Positions 38,901-47,186 of a DNA stretch of 64,000 nt are shown one piece after another. The DNA lies in the NCBI GenBank assembly GCA_031372345.1, contig JANMLD010000301.1:888-64887 (forward strand). The letters are read 5' to 3'. Positions within the stretch are counted from its first letter, which is position 1, and every line of letters begins with the position of its first letter. Below the pieces are notes generated by a model. The model was not told the DNA's origin. It did not search any database and saw nothing but the letters and a program-made list of their open reading frames with translations. Position numbers and translations under genes: made by a program. The DNA is from Pirellula sp. Lineage in GTDB: Bacteria; Planctomycetota; Planctomycetia; Pirellulales; Pirellulaceae.

Positions 38901-39047
38901 GGTGGGTTGGTCAGCGAAAAAAATATACTTCTGGTCGCATTGGCTGGATTGCTGATGCTCGCTAGCGTGTTTTTTTACGGTTGGAAGATATCGTTTGTAG
39001 TGGTCCCGATCGCAGCCTTGATGTGCGTTGCTCCTAGGTTTTTCTGA
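35931..39047 (+). CDS. Ser/Thr kinase with N-terminal zinc ribbon and C-terminal TM/coiled-coil region
   Basis: CPHC...CSGC, then LGAGGMG, HRDIKPAN, DMG and YMSPEQ, followed by several TM helices. Confidence 0.92.
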   Translation: MNHKISCPHCQHSLSIKDPKPGKYKPKCSGCGESFVIVVEAGDPPSVKVGGSRPRPPVSGLDVTSPPEGPVPQEASFQNNSSLVSVADLTGQEGSPSTNSKPTGFEATIQQEAVTGLSGGSQAGEETLMHAAFAKSAPGASHDFSVNEQTMDSAPSPPASSASSASSGASDPPSGATSSIGPATGIHRLGGYRILKELGAGGMGSVYLAKQISLDRACALKTIQAKWAQNPRVIARFIREAYAAAQLTHHNVVQIYDLGVDGNTNFFSMELVSGGSLDDQLKTKGKLPPKLAATLILQASRGLKFAHDHGMVHRDIKPANLMMTADGMVKVADMGLVKTQGADELSADAADAADVQSLVLASARSQVTAIGSSMGTPAYMSPEQSADATSVDKRADIYSLGCTFYALLTGKPPFEGNTMLEVITKHRVEKIVRPERIISGLPSVLGDMIEKMTAKKPEDRYQDLEELIHELEVYLELREDTSGAKIQHHPGDVDAITRSQSNARDDAPTSKVVNAVSVLAPEQAAQLQLASKKFNSAPLLLARRFAPMAWYGLCGLMCILSLLFSATAGLSLIGEGAKSVATQASNAMQSFSAPNASTAALPSAVSETTQPTESKAAKLFASMVSQLKTGLGYVLALLLGPIAAIGFAGWEGRSPLALRWRASLVAGGLIEWVYWIFGSLVALLAVYYLGLWFPLFMAVLFGSAAGAAYYFGIEKLLAKSRKPTVDQAQAILKQQRLRGGDEAILREAVADCSGTHWEEFYETLFGYDMMRAMRTRLQQNKRLGLKIFRPRRDTFIDQWEQKLVDARQQKDEKILRKAEKAEMVANGISDSEARKRAGAMAASMVDAASETRQTMQDIAAGKLTDQAAVAKRQRIKQMLTEARTGKVSTREVRSRSLERMFSQLLGGKFRFACAAVMLLASGMWLQTNQRALESYWQQAKTTALSTVDTLKNTTLDSKGLESATQAISTATEQAKTAIVKSELKTWKSVWGGLVSEKNILLVALAGLLMLASVFFYGWKISFVVVPIAALMCVAPRFF

Positions 39048-39068
39048 GACCATACCCCGTTTCCCGTC

Positions 39069-40220
39069 TCAGTCCGACAGAGCCATAACATGCTGCGCCA
39101 GCCGGCTCTCGGTCGCTTGAATGAGATCGGCAGGGATTTGTTGCCCGTTGGTCAGATAACTGATCGGCAAGCTACTACCTTGAATGCATGGGAACATAGC
39201 ACCCAGGCCGCCCGATTCATCGAGTCTAGTCAGGAGCATTCGATTTGGATTGAGACGACCGAATGCCTGTTCGTACCTGAGAAACGATCGAACGTTGCAT
39301 GTGCTTGGCAGGACGAGATGTGTTTCCGTAGGCATTGTCAACTGCATCAATTGGCTTAGTTTGTCGAGCGATTCGGTATCGGTCGGAGAGCAACCACTGG
39401 TATCGAGGAAAACAAAACGGCAGCCAACGAAACCCTCCAGGCAGAAGGGAACTTGTTCAATGGAATCGGCGACATCAAAATGCCAACCGAGCACTTCTGC
39501 GTAGTTTTGCAAGAGATGGTTTGATCCTAAACGCAAGCAGTCTGTCGATAGAATCCCCACGGAAAGCCCTCGTTCCATCGACAGATTGGCTGCGATTTTA
39601 GCAAGTGACGTCGTCTTGCCTGAACCAGGTGGGCCAACAAATGCGAGGACCTGCTGGCGGTCATCCTCTAGATTGATAGGAGGCGCAGCATGGACCATAT
39701 CGCGAATCGATCCGATTAGTTCCGAGCGTACTGTCCATACGTCTTGCATCAACTTGGGATTGTTGGAAAACCGAGTTGCCTCGACCCATTGGCTTGCTAT
39801 GCCTGGGTCGATGCCTGCATCGATGAGTTCTTGATGGATCTGTTCCAGTACACGATCAGACCTTAAACACTCCATTGATGGGTCTTCCGAACCAACGTGA
39901 CGCTCTTGATCGGACTTGGCAATTTCCATCGTTTGATCTATAGGACCGGTAAAATCGATCGGCGTGTCGTCCGAGGATGTATTTTGGTTTTGTTTGGTCG
40001 GTTCAGCTTGATCATGCTCGTTGCCTTGCGAGTCCTCTAGACGAGGATTCGTTGTGTTGGAGCTAGCAGTCACTTCAATTCGCGAACGTCCAAAGATTCC
40101 GAAGCGTGCAGCCCTTGTTTCTAAAATGGATGCTTCGGCTCCAAACTCCTCCCGAATCTGCTGAAAGGCCTCCTGCAGTGTCTTGGATCGAAAGGTCTTG
40201 ATACGAATGGGAGTGTTCAT
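39069..40220 (-). CDS. flhF: Flagellar SRP-type GTPase FlhF
   Basis: IKTFRSKTL.EA N-terminus, GPPGSGKTT, DTSG, TRLDE and GQQIPADL. Directly downstream of flhA. Confidence 0.88.
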   Translation of the reverse strand: MNTPIRIKTFRSKTLQEAFQQIREEFGAEASILETRAARFGIFGRSRIEVTASSNTTNPRLEDSQGNEHDQAEPTKQNQNTSSDDTPIDFTGPIDQTMEIAKSDQERHVGSEDPSMECLRSDRVLEQIHQELIDAGIDPGIASQWVEATRFSNNPKLMQDVWTVRSELIGSIRDMVHAAPPINLEDDRQQVLAFVGPPGSGKTTSLAKIAANLSMERGLSVGILSTDCLRLGSNHLLQNYAEVLGWHFDVADSIEQVPFCLEGFVGCRFVFLDTSGCSPTDTESLDKLSQLMQLTMPTETHLVLPSTCNVRSFLRYEQAFGRLNPNRMLLTRLDESGGLGAMFPCIQGSSLPISYLTNGQQIPADLIQATESRLAQHVMALSD

Positions 40221-40244
40221 CGGCTTATACCTCAATCACTTGGA

Positions 40245-42323
40245 TTACTGGTCACTGACCATGGCAATGGATTCTACGCTCGTATCTCTCGATATTTCGT
40301 TGTAGCTCAACACTCGAAGATCGGGCAATGCTTCTTGCGTTATTTGCCGCAGCGGAACACGGATCTTTGGACTGACCACAACGCATCTAGGTTTGCCAAG
40401 TTGGTCGAGTTTCTTGATTTGATCGGCAATACGATTGCATGTTTTCGAAATCGAGTCGGGCGACATTCGGATAAAAATACCGCGGTCCGTTTGTTCTGTA
40501 CCAGCAGCGATGCGATCTTCCATGGCTGGATCCAGCGTTACCACACGGAGCACGCCTGCGCTGTCGCGATATCGATGCGATATGGTTCTAGCCAATCGAT
40601 GGCGAACGTATTCCGTTAGCCAAATAGGATCTTTGATCCGGTGTGCGTAGTCGCCGAGCGTTTCGAGAATGATGCTGAGTTGGCGAATGGGGATGTCTTC
40701 GCGGAGGAGGTTCTGAAGCACCTGTTGGACTTCCGCCAATTTCATTTGCCCTGGTATCAGCTCATCAACCACCGTCGCTGACGTCTTCTTGAGCTGGTCG
40801 ACAAGCTGCTTGGTCACTTCGCGAGTGAGCAGTTCATCCGCATGTTTTCGGGCGGTTTCTTGGACATGTGTGGCTAGGACTGCACCGCACTCCACCACTT
40901 GGTAGCCGTAGATTTCAGCTTGTTGACGATTTCGCGGATCGATCCATACGGCTCTCTTTCCAAAGGCAGGATCGGTAGTTTCGTCACCTACGATGGCACC
41001 CTTGGTTAGCCCAGTATCAATGGCCAGCAATCGATCGGGACGAAGCGTGCCGGTGGCGATACGGTTTCCAGCCATTTCGAGTTCGTAGCTATACTCGGGA
41101 AGGCTCATTCGGTCTTTAATGCGTACCATTGGCAGCAAGACACCCATTTCAGTCGCAAGCGTTGCACGCACTGTCGAGATCCGTTTCATAAGATCACCGC
41201 CGCGATTCGGATCGGCCAAAACGATCAGCTTGGCGCCCAGTTCAAGTCGGAGTGGGTCGACTTCTAAGTAGTCCTCGACTTTCTTTTCAGGGGGAGCCTT
41301 TTTGGCGGTGTCGGCATCTCGTCCCCTCTTTTCAATGACTTGGGCATCTTGTTTTTTCTGGCGCTGCATGATGAGGGCTAGTCCAATGCAACCACCCCCC
41401 ATGGTTACCATGGGAACAGCAGGAAGCTGGGTAAAGGTCATCAAAAGCAAGAAGACGCCCGAGATAATCAACGCTTGAGGTCGCGAAAAGATTTGCTTCA
41501 GAAACTCGCCGGAGAAATCTGATTTCTGCGTGCTTCGAGTCGTTAATAAGGCGGCAGCCAATGAGATCAAAAACGCTGGCACTTGGCTTACCAAACCGTC
41601 ACCGATGGTTAATTTCGTATACAATTCGGCTGATTCCGCAAGCGATTTCCCCGAGTACATATAGCCCATGTAGAGGCCGCCAACAATGTTGAGCAGCGTG
41701 ATCGCGATACCTGCGATGGCATCTCCGCGAACGAACTTACTGGCACCGTCCATGGAACCGTAGAAGTCCGCTTGTTTTGTGATCTCTTCGCGACGGCGTT
41801 GTGCCTCCTTCTCGTCGATCGCGCCCGCGCTCAAGTCGGCATCGATCGCCATCTGACGTCCCGGCATACCGTCCAGAGCAAATCGTGCAGCAACCTCCCC
41901 GATCCGCGATGCACCTTTGGTGATCACAATAAAGTTGATTAAGAAGATAATAATGAAAAGGATGATCCCGACCTCGAGTGAGTCACCGGAAACGAATTCT
42001 CCAAAGGCTTGAATGACGTGGCCAGCAGCGTCGATTCCCTCGGAACCTGTCCTTGTCAAGATCAATCGCGTTGTAGCCAGGTTTAGAACCAACCGTGAAA
42101 GCGTGGTGGCCACCAGCATCGCCGGGAAAATATTAAATTCCAGCGGGGATTCGACGTAAATCGTCGTCAGAAGAATCACAACCGCGATCGCAATATTCGC
42201 GGAAAGCAGCACGTCGAGCAAAGCTGGGGGTAGCGGGACCAGAATTACGACCAGGCATGCGATGATTCCAATCGGAACAACTGCGTGTCGGTGTCGTAAG
42301 AAAAGTTTGGTCCAAAAATCCAT
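40245..42323 (-). CDS. flhA: Flagellar export apparatus protein FlhA
   Basis: Motifs FIVITKGASRIGEVAARFALDGMPGRQMAIDADL, FYGSMDGASKFVRGDAIAG and IGDGLVSQVP. Confidence 0.97.
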   Translation of the reverse strand: MDFWTKLFLRHRHAVVPIGIIACLVVILVPLPPALLDVLLSANIAIAVVILLTTIYVESPLEFNIFPAMLVATTLSRLVLNLATTRLILTRTGSEGIDAAGHVIQAFGEFVSGDSLEVGIILFIIIFLINFIVITKGASRIGEVAARFALDGMPGRQMAIDADLSAGAIDEKEAQRRREEITKQADFYGSMDGASKFVRGDAIAGIAITLLNIVGGLYMGYMYSGKSLAESAELYTKLTIGDGLVSQVPAFLISLAAALLTTRSTQKSDFSGEFLKQIFSRPQALIISGVFLLLMTFTQLPAVPMVTMGGGCIGLALIMQRQKKQDAQVIEKRGRDADTAKKAPPEKKVEDYLEVDPLRLELGAKLIVLADPNRGGDLMKRISTVRATLATEMGVLLPMVRIKDRMSLPEYSYELEMAGNRIATGTLRPDRLLAIDTGLTKGAIVGDETTDPAFGKRAVWIDPRNRQQAEIYGYQVVECGAVLATHVQETARKHADELLTREVTKQLVDQLKKTSATVVDELIPGQMKLAEVQQVLQNLLREDIPIRQLSIILETLGDYAHRIKDPIWLTEYVRHRLARTISHRYRDSAGVLRVVTLDPAMEDRIAAGTEQTDRGIFIRMSPDSISKTCNRIADQIKKLDQLGKPRCVVVSPKIRVPLRQITQEALPDLRVLSYNEISRDTSVESIAMVSDQ

Positions 42324-42513
42324 CCAGGTTTGTCCTGATGCGAGAACTTTAGAAAATCCGACAAGTATTTGGAAAACTAGCTAGGTTTCGCGGTTGATGT
42401 CTATATCGTTTTCCGAAAGCGGACGATAATGTACGGACTCAAGGTGCCCAAAACGGATTTGGAATTCGCACCCATCCAATTGATGGCATTAGCTTTAACG
42501 ACGAATTCGGCGA

Positions 42514-43638
42514 ATGGCTTCTAACGAATCGCCTCAAACCATCCAGTACCCAGTCCTTTCACCAAGATTCTGGCACGGAATGCCATCGCGTGTTTGGTTG
42601 CCCTTACTTTTTAAGAACTCCTTTAGCGTTTCTCTATCTCGGTTGCACATCGCCTCAGGTGTAACCGCGTTCATGCCCGTTTCCGATCTTCTGGGACTGA
42701 CCCAGCACGTCGTTTACGGTCGCCGCATTGCCGCGACAAAACTCGCTGGCCCGCCACTATTTATTTTGGGGCATTGGCGAAGTGGTACCACGCTACTCCA
42801 CGAGCTCCTAGGCTTGGATGAACGGTTTGCTTCCCCCACAACCTTCCAATGTTTTGCACCGTCACACTTTTTGCTGACGGAATCGATGGTTGCCAAATAC
42901 GGCAATTGGCTCATTCCTCATCGACGGCCGATGGACAACATGAAGGCCGGATGGGCTTTGCCGCAAGAAGACGAATTTGCCCTCATGAACCTAGGCGCTC
43001 CAACGCCGTACCTAAGGCTCGTTTTTCCCTGCCATGACTACCCATTCCAAAGCACACTTGCATCCGATGGATTTAGTGCCAAGGATTTGGAAAGATGGAA
43101 AACCTTGTTTGATTGGTTTTTAAAAGCCCTCACATTCAAGACAAAGAAGCCGCTGATTCTCAAAAGCCCACCCCACACCGGACGGCTGGGTATCCTCAGA
43201 TCGATGTACCCTGACGCCAAATTCGTGCACATCGTCCGCGACCCTCGAAAACTATTTCCTTCCACCATGAAAATGTGGAATTCACTGGATCAAGTTCAAT
43301 CCATTCAGGTAGGTGAATATCAAGCGAAGCTAAAAGATTTTGTCCTAAAGTCGCTAACAACCATGTACCGATCTTTTGAAATAGATCGTGAAGGAATGGC
43401 AAAGAATCAACTCATCGATATTCACTACGAGGATTTAGCCAAAGACCCTGTGTCGGTTTGCAAGAATATCTACAACCAACTTGAGATGACCGGCTTCGAA
43501 AGAATTGAGCCGCTGCTTCAAAATCGAACACAACTGGAAAAAGAATACAAAACCAATCGCTTTGGAACAGATCCCAAAGAGGAAGCCGAAGTCATGACTG
43601 CATGGCAAAGCTATGCGACCAAGTACGGATATGCTTAA
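42514..43638 (+). CDS. PAPS-dependent sulfotransferase
   Basis: 5'-PSB motif GHWRSGTTLLH, PQEDE, LKSPPHT and HIVRDP. Confidence 0.9.
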   Translation: MASNESPQTIQYPVLSPRFWHGMPSRVWLPLLFKNSFSVSLSRLHIASGVTAFMPVSDLLGLTQHVVYGRRIAATKLAGPPLFILGHWRSGTTLLHELLGLDERFASPTTFQCFAPSHFLLTESMVAKYGNWLIPHRRPMDNMKAGWALPQEDEFALMNLGAPTPYLRLVFPCHDYPFQSTLASDGFSAKDLERWKTLFDWFLKALTFKTKKPLILKSPPHTGRLGILRSMYPDAKFVHIVRDPRKLFPSTMKMWNSLDQVQSIQVGEYQAKLKDFVLKSLTTMYRSFEIDREGMAKNQLIDIHYEDLAKDPVSVCKNIYNQLEMTGFERIEPLLQNRTQLEKEYKTNRFGTDPKEEAEVMTAWQSYATKYGYA

Positions 43639-46156
43639 GCCGCTACCGATCGATCCTCATCTATCGGCCATATGCAACTATGTCCGAGACAATCCAATCA
43701 CAATCGTCGAAGCGCCGCCTGGATCAGGCAAGACGACTCGCGTCGCGCCGGCGCTCATGAACATGCCGTTTGTCGCCTCGCAAAGAATCTATTTGCTTCA
43801 GCCGAGACGCATCGCCGCAAAATCCGTCGGCGAGAGAATTGCATGGGAGCACGGCAGTCGCATCGGGCAGCGAATTGGTTATCAAGTGCGGTTCGATTCC
43901 CAAGTTTCCAAAGAAACACAACTCATTGTTGCGACCGAGGGTGTCTTGCTCCGGCGATTACAAGAAGACGCCGGTCTTTCCGACACCAACCTTGTTTTGC
44001 TGGATGAGTTCCACGAACGCTCCCTTGATTCCGATTTGTTGTTAGGCATGCTCCGTCGCGTTCAACAGGCATTGCGCGACGATTTGAGAATCGTGATCAT
44101 GTCGGCCACCATTGACGCAAACCTGATCCAATCGCAACTTGGCGGCGCACCGATCGTACGGGTTGAATCCTCCAATTTCCCTGTCAAGATCCGTTATAGT
44201 TCCTCGAAACCGGACGACAACGTCGTGGATCGTATGGTCAATACCATTCACGATGTCGCGAAGAACGACGATGGGGATATCTTGGCCTTCTTCCCAGGCA
44301 TGGGCGAGATACAGCGTTGTTATGATTCGCTCCAGCAGACTCAATTGAGCCGTGATGTGGAGGTGGTCAAGCTCTTTGGCGGTATGCAACTCGATGAGCA
44401 AGCCAGAGCGATTGAACTGGGCACCCAACGAAGAATCGTGCTCTCGACCAATGTGGCTGAGACGTCGCTGACGATCGAAGGAATACGGATAGTGGTTGAT
44501 AGCGGGTTGGCTCGCGTCATGCGATTTTCGCCGGACGTTGGTCTGGATCGCCTCTCGCTTGAGAATATCAGCCAAGCGTCGGCTACACAGCGGGCGGGGC
44601 GGGCCGGACGCGTTGCGCCTGGCATCTGTTATCGTCTGTGGGCAGAAGCCTCGGAACGTGCTCGAGCCCCGTTTTTGGAGCCTGAGATTCGGCGTGTGGA
44701 CATCGTCTCTGCAATCCTGCAATTGTACGCTTGGGGTGAAGGCGAAAGCGATGATTTTCCCTGGCTGGAACTACCCAGACCGGACTCAGTTGCCAGGGCA
44801 CGAAGTCTATTAGAGCAATTGGGTGCGATTCGTCATGGCAAGATTACAGAAATCGGAAAGGCTATGTCGCGACTGCCGACCCATCCTCGGCTTGCACGTA
44901 TGGTCATCGCGGGATTTGAATCCGGATGTTTCGAGCGAACGTGTTTGCTGTCGGCCTTGCTTTCCGAGCGCGACCCTTTCCAGCAGAGCCGAGCCTTACC
45001 AACGCGAGCAGCCAAACGCTGGGATAGCGATTGCATGGAGCGGCTTGTTGCACTGGAAGACTTCCTGGACGGACGCTCGGACACCACACCCTTCGGAACG
45101 CTCCATCGCAGCGGCGTTCGAGCTATTGTCAACGCGGCTCAGCAACTGCAAGAACAGTGCATTTCCATTCTCAACGGCTCAAGTATCCTACGCGAACGTC
45201 AACGAACCGATCAACCCGAAGCCATTATGCGAGTCATGTTGTCGGGCTATCCGGATCGACTCGCGAAACGTCGAAGTATTGGGAAAGCACATGGATTGAT
45301 GGTCGGAGGCAAGGGGGTTGCCATTTCATCACAAAGCGGGGTAACCGAAGCCGATCTTTTTTTGTGCATCGATATCGATGCAGGAGCAGGGGACGCAAGC
45401 GTCCGGCAAGCAAGTCGAATCGACTTGGATTGGCTACCCAAAGATCAAATCGTAACGCGAGACGAGTTGTTTTTTCATCCAAGCCAAAAACAAGTGGTAG
45501 CCAGACGGCAAGTGCTTTGGTTGGATCTGGTTCTCAACGAGACGCCGACCGCAATTGTCGATGCAGAGCAATGCGCCGCGATTCTCTGGCAAGCGGCAGT
45601 CAAGAACTGGGAGCAAGTGTTTCCTGTGGGGGACGAACGGGTCCAAGGGTTAGTCGATCGTGTCAACTGCCTTCGCATGTGGCTACCGAATTTAGAACTG
45701 CCAGAAATAAGTAACGTATTTATTCAAGATGTGGCCAAAGAGCTTTGTCGGAATCGCCGCTCATTGTCCGAGCTCAAGGAAGCACCTTGGATCGACTGGC
45801 TTCAAGCTCGATTCTCCAGTGAGCAGTGGCAGGCGATTGAGAAAGAAGCCCCTGCGAAGATTCAAGTTCCCAGTGGCAGTTGGATCAAGGTTCAATATGC
45901 AGTTGGAAAACCACCTACGTTAGCCGTGAAGATACAAGAGGTGTTTTCCATGAAAACGACGCCGCGAATCGCCATGGGACGAGTGCCGATCTTGTTGCAT
46001 CTGCTTTCCCCAAATATGCGCCCTCAGCAGATTACGGATGACCTCGCATCGTTTTGGGCCAATGGTTATCCAGTCGTAAAGAAAGAGCTCAAACGTCGTT
46101 ATCCAAAGCACTCGTGGCCGGACGATCCAACAACAGCCGTTCCAGGCAGGAAATAG
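43631..46156 (+). CDS. hrpB: ATP-dependent RNA helicase HrpB
   Basis: Motifs APPGSGKTT, DEFHER, MSAT, STNVAETSLTI and QRAGRAGR, with the C-terminal HLLSPN.RP.QITDDL..FW...Y..V.KEL.RRYPKH.WP. Confidence 0.95.
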   Translation: MLKPLPIDPHLSAICNYVRDNPITIVEAPPGSGKTTRVAPALMNMPFVASQRIYLLQPRRIAAKSVGERIAWEHGSRIGQRIGYQVRFDSQVSKETQLIVATEGVLLRRLQEDAGLSDTNLVLLDEFHERSLDSDLLLGMLRRVQQALRDDLRIVIMSATIDANLIQSQLGGAPIVRVESSNFPVKIRYSSSKPDDNVVDRMVNTIHDVAKNDDGDILAFFPGMGEIQRCYDSLQQTQLSRDVEVVKLFGGMQLDEQARAIELGTQRRIVLSTNVAETSLTIEGIRIVVDSGLARVMRFSPDVGLDRLSLENISQASATQRAGRAGRVAPGICYRLWAEASERARAPFLEPEIRRVDIVSAILQLYAWGEGESDDFPWLELPRPDSVARARSLLEQLGAIRHGKITEIGKAMSRLPTHPRLARMVIAGFESGCFERTCLLSALLSERDPFQQSRALPTRAAKRWDSDCMERLVALEDFLDGRSDTTPFGTLHRSGVRAIVNAAQQLQEQCISILNGSSILRERQRTDQPEAIMRVMLSGYPDRLAKRRSIGKAHGLMVGGKGVAISSQSGVTEADLFLCIDIDAGAGDASVRQASRIDLDWLPKDQIVTRDELFFHPSQKQVVARRQVLWLDLVLNETPTAIVDAEQCAAILWQAAVKNWEQVFPVGDERVQGLVDRVNCLRMWLPNLELPEISNVFIQDVAKELCRNRRSLSELKEAPWIDWLQARFSSEQWQAIEKEAPAKIQVPSGSWIKVQYAVGKPPTLAVKIQEVFSMKTTPRIAMGRVPILLHLLSPNMRPQQITDDLASFWANGYPVVKKELKRRYPKHSWPDDPTTAVPGRK

Positions 46157-46157
46157 G

Positions 46158-46415
46158 ATGGTTTCAAACGCTATGAACGAATCGAATGATCCAGCCGAAA
46201 GGACGAATGCTGAGCGAGCTAGATTCGCAGACGAACTGGCTGCGGAGCAACCATTGCTTCGGTGTTCCATCTGCTTGAAGTGTTCAAGTCATAGAACCAT
46301 TGTATCGGGCAAAGGATCGGTTTTTATGTTATGCCAATCGGACGAGACGCCGAGCGATTGGCCCAAATATCCAGCCCAGCCGATGCAGCAGTGTCGATAC
46401 TATCGCTCTGAGTAA
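46158..46415 (+). CDS. Small Cys-rich hypothetical protein
   Basis: CSICLKC..H ... GSVFMLC ... WPKYP..P...C..Y. Starts 1 nt after the hrpB stop. Confidence 0.7.
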   Translation: MVSNAMNESNDPAERTNAERARFADELAAEQPLLRCSICLKCSSHRTIVSGKGSVFMLCQSDETPSDWPKYPAQPMQQCRYYRSE

Positions 46416-46439
46416 TCTGTAATCTGGTAACCACAACGA

Positions 46440-47009
46440 TCAATCCAACGGACGCTGGCCTCGCGCCTTTCTTTCCTGATTGAAGAGGGAGAATGCTGGC
46501 GAATGCTTTTTTAAAAGCTTGACCAATTGGGAGGAGCTGGTGCCAAGCGTCGTTGCGACGCTGCTAATATTCCAATCGCAAACGCACATTAAGCCGATGA
46601 CCTCAGCCAGAATTGCGGGCCAATCGGTATTCGTCTCCGCAATATCGATTCTTCCATTTCGGCAATACCTCTGCCATGTTTCGGAGGTAGATTTCCCGAC
46701 TGAGACATGGGCTGTCGAAACAATTCCCGATGCAGGTCGAAGCTCCACGGCGAGCCTGCATCGCAGTCGCAGTATGGCCACTTTTCGATTCTCGTTTTGA
46801 GTTCGGCGCTCACTAGCCGATGCAATGATGCCAGCCGGAACAAATTCGATTTGAACGCTGGTCTCCACCTTGTTGCGATTCTGGCCCCCCGGACCGCTGG
46901 CGCGTGAAAACGTCAGTCGGCATTGAGCCATTAGTAGCTCGTCCGTTAAACAAGCCGGATGCATTTCCAGGCTCGGAGCGCTGTGCCACACTGGGATCGA
47001 ATCACTCAT
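46440..47009 (-). CDS. GGQ-motif peptidyl-tRNA hydrolase domain protein (ArfB/PrfH-like)
   Basis: SRASGPGGQNRNKVET and ERRTQNENRK.A..RL. Confidence 0.85.
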   Translation of the reverse strand: MSDSIPVWHSAPSLEMHPACLTDELLMAQCRLTFSRASGPGGQNRNKVETSVQIEFVPAGIIASASERRTQNENRKVAILRLRCRLAVELRPASGIVSTAHVSVGKSTSETWQRYCRNGRIDIAETNTDWPAILAEVIGLMCVCDWNISSVATTLGTSSSQLVKLLKKHSPAFSLFNQERKARGQRPLD

Positions 47010-47111
47010 GCTCAGGTGCGTAAAAACTCATGATGGTTTTTGTGGCTGAGCGGGGCCCTCGCTCAGGTTTTACAGGAACCCAACGAGCGAAGGGCCTCGC
47101 TCGTCCACCAT

Positions 47112-47173
47112 TGTCGCCGTTTGCTCCGCAAACGTGCGTGATCGTGGCACACTTTCGCGGAGCGAAAGGCGAT
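47112..47173. repeat. Degenerate family D REP doublet
   Basis: tgtcgccgtttgctccgcaaacgtg ... cacactttcgcggagcgaaaggcga, matching 26913-26975. Confidence 0.8.
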
Positions 47174-47186
47174 GTTGAGTGCCGTG

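Noticed and set aside
42324-42513. Sigma-28 promoter for flhA
   Set aside because: TAAAGTT is present on the minus strand but no GCCGATAA-like -10 lies at the right spacing.
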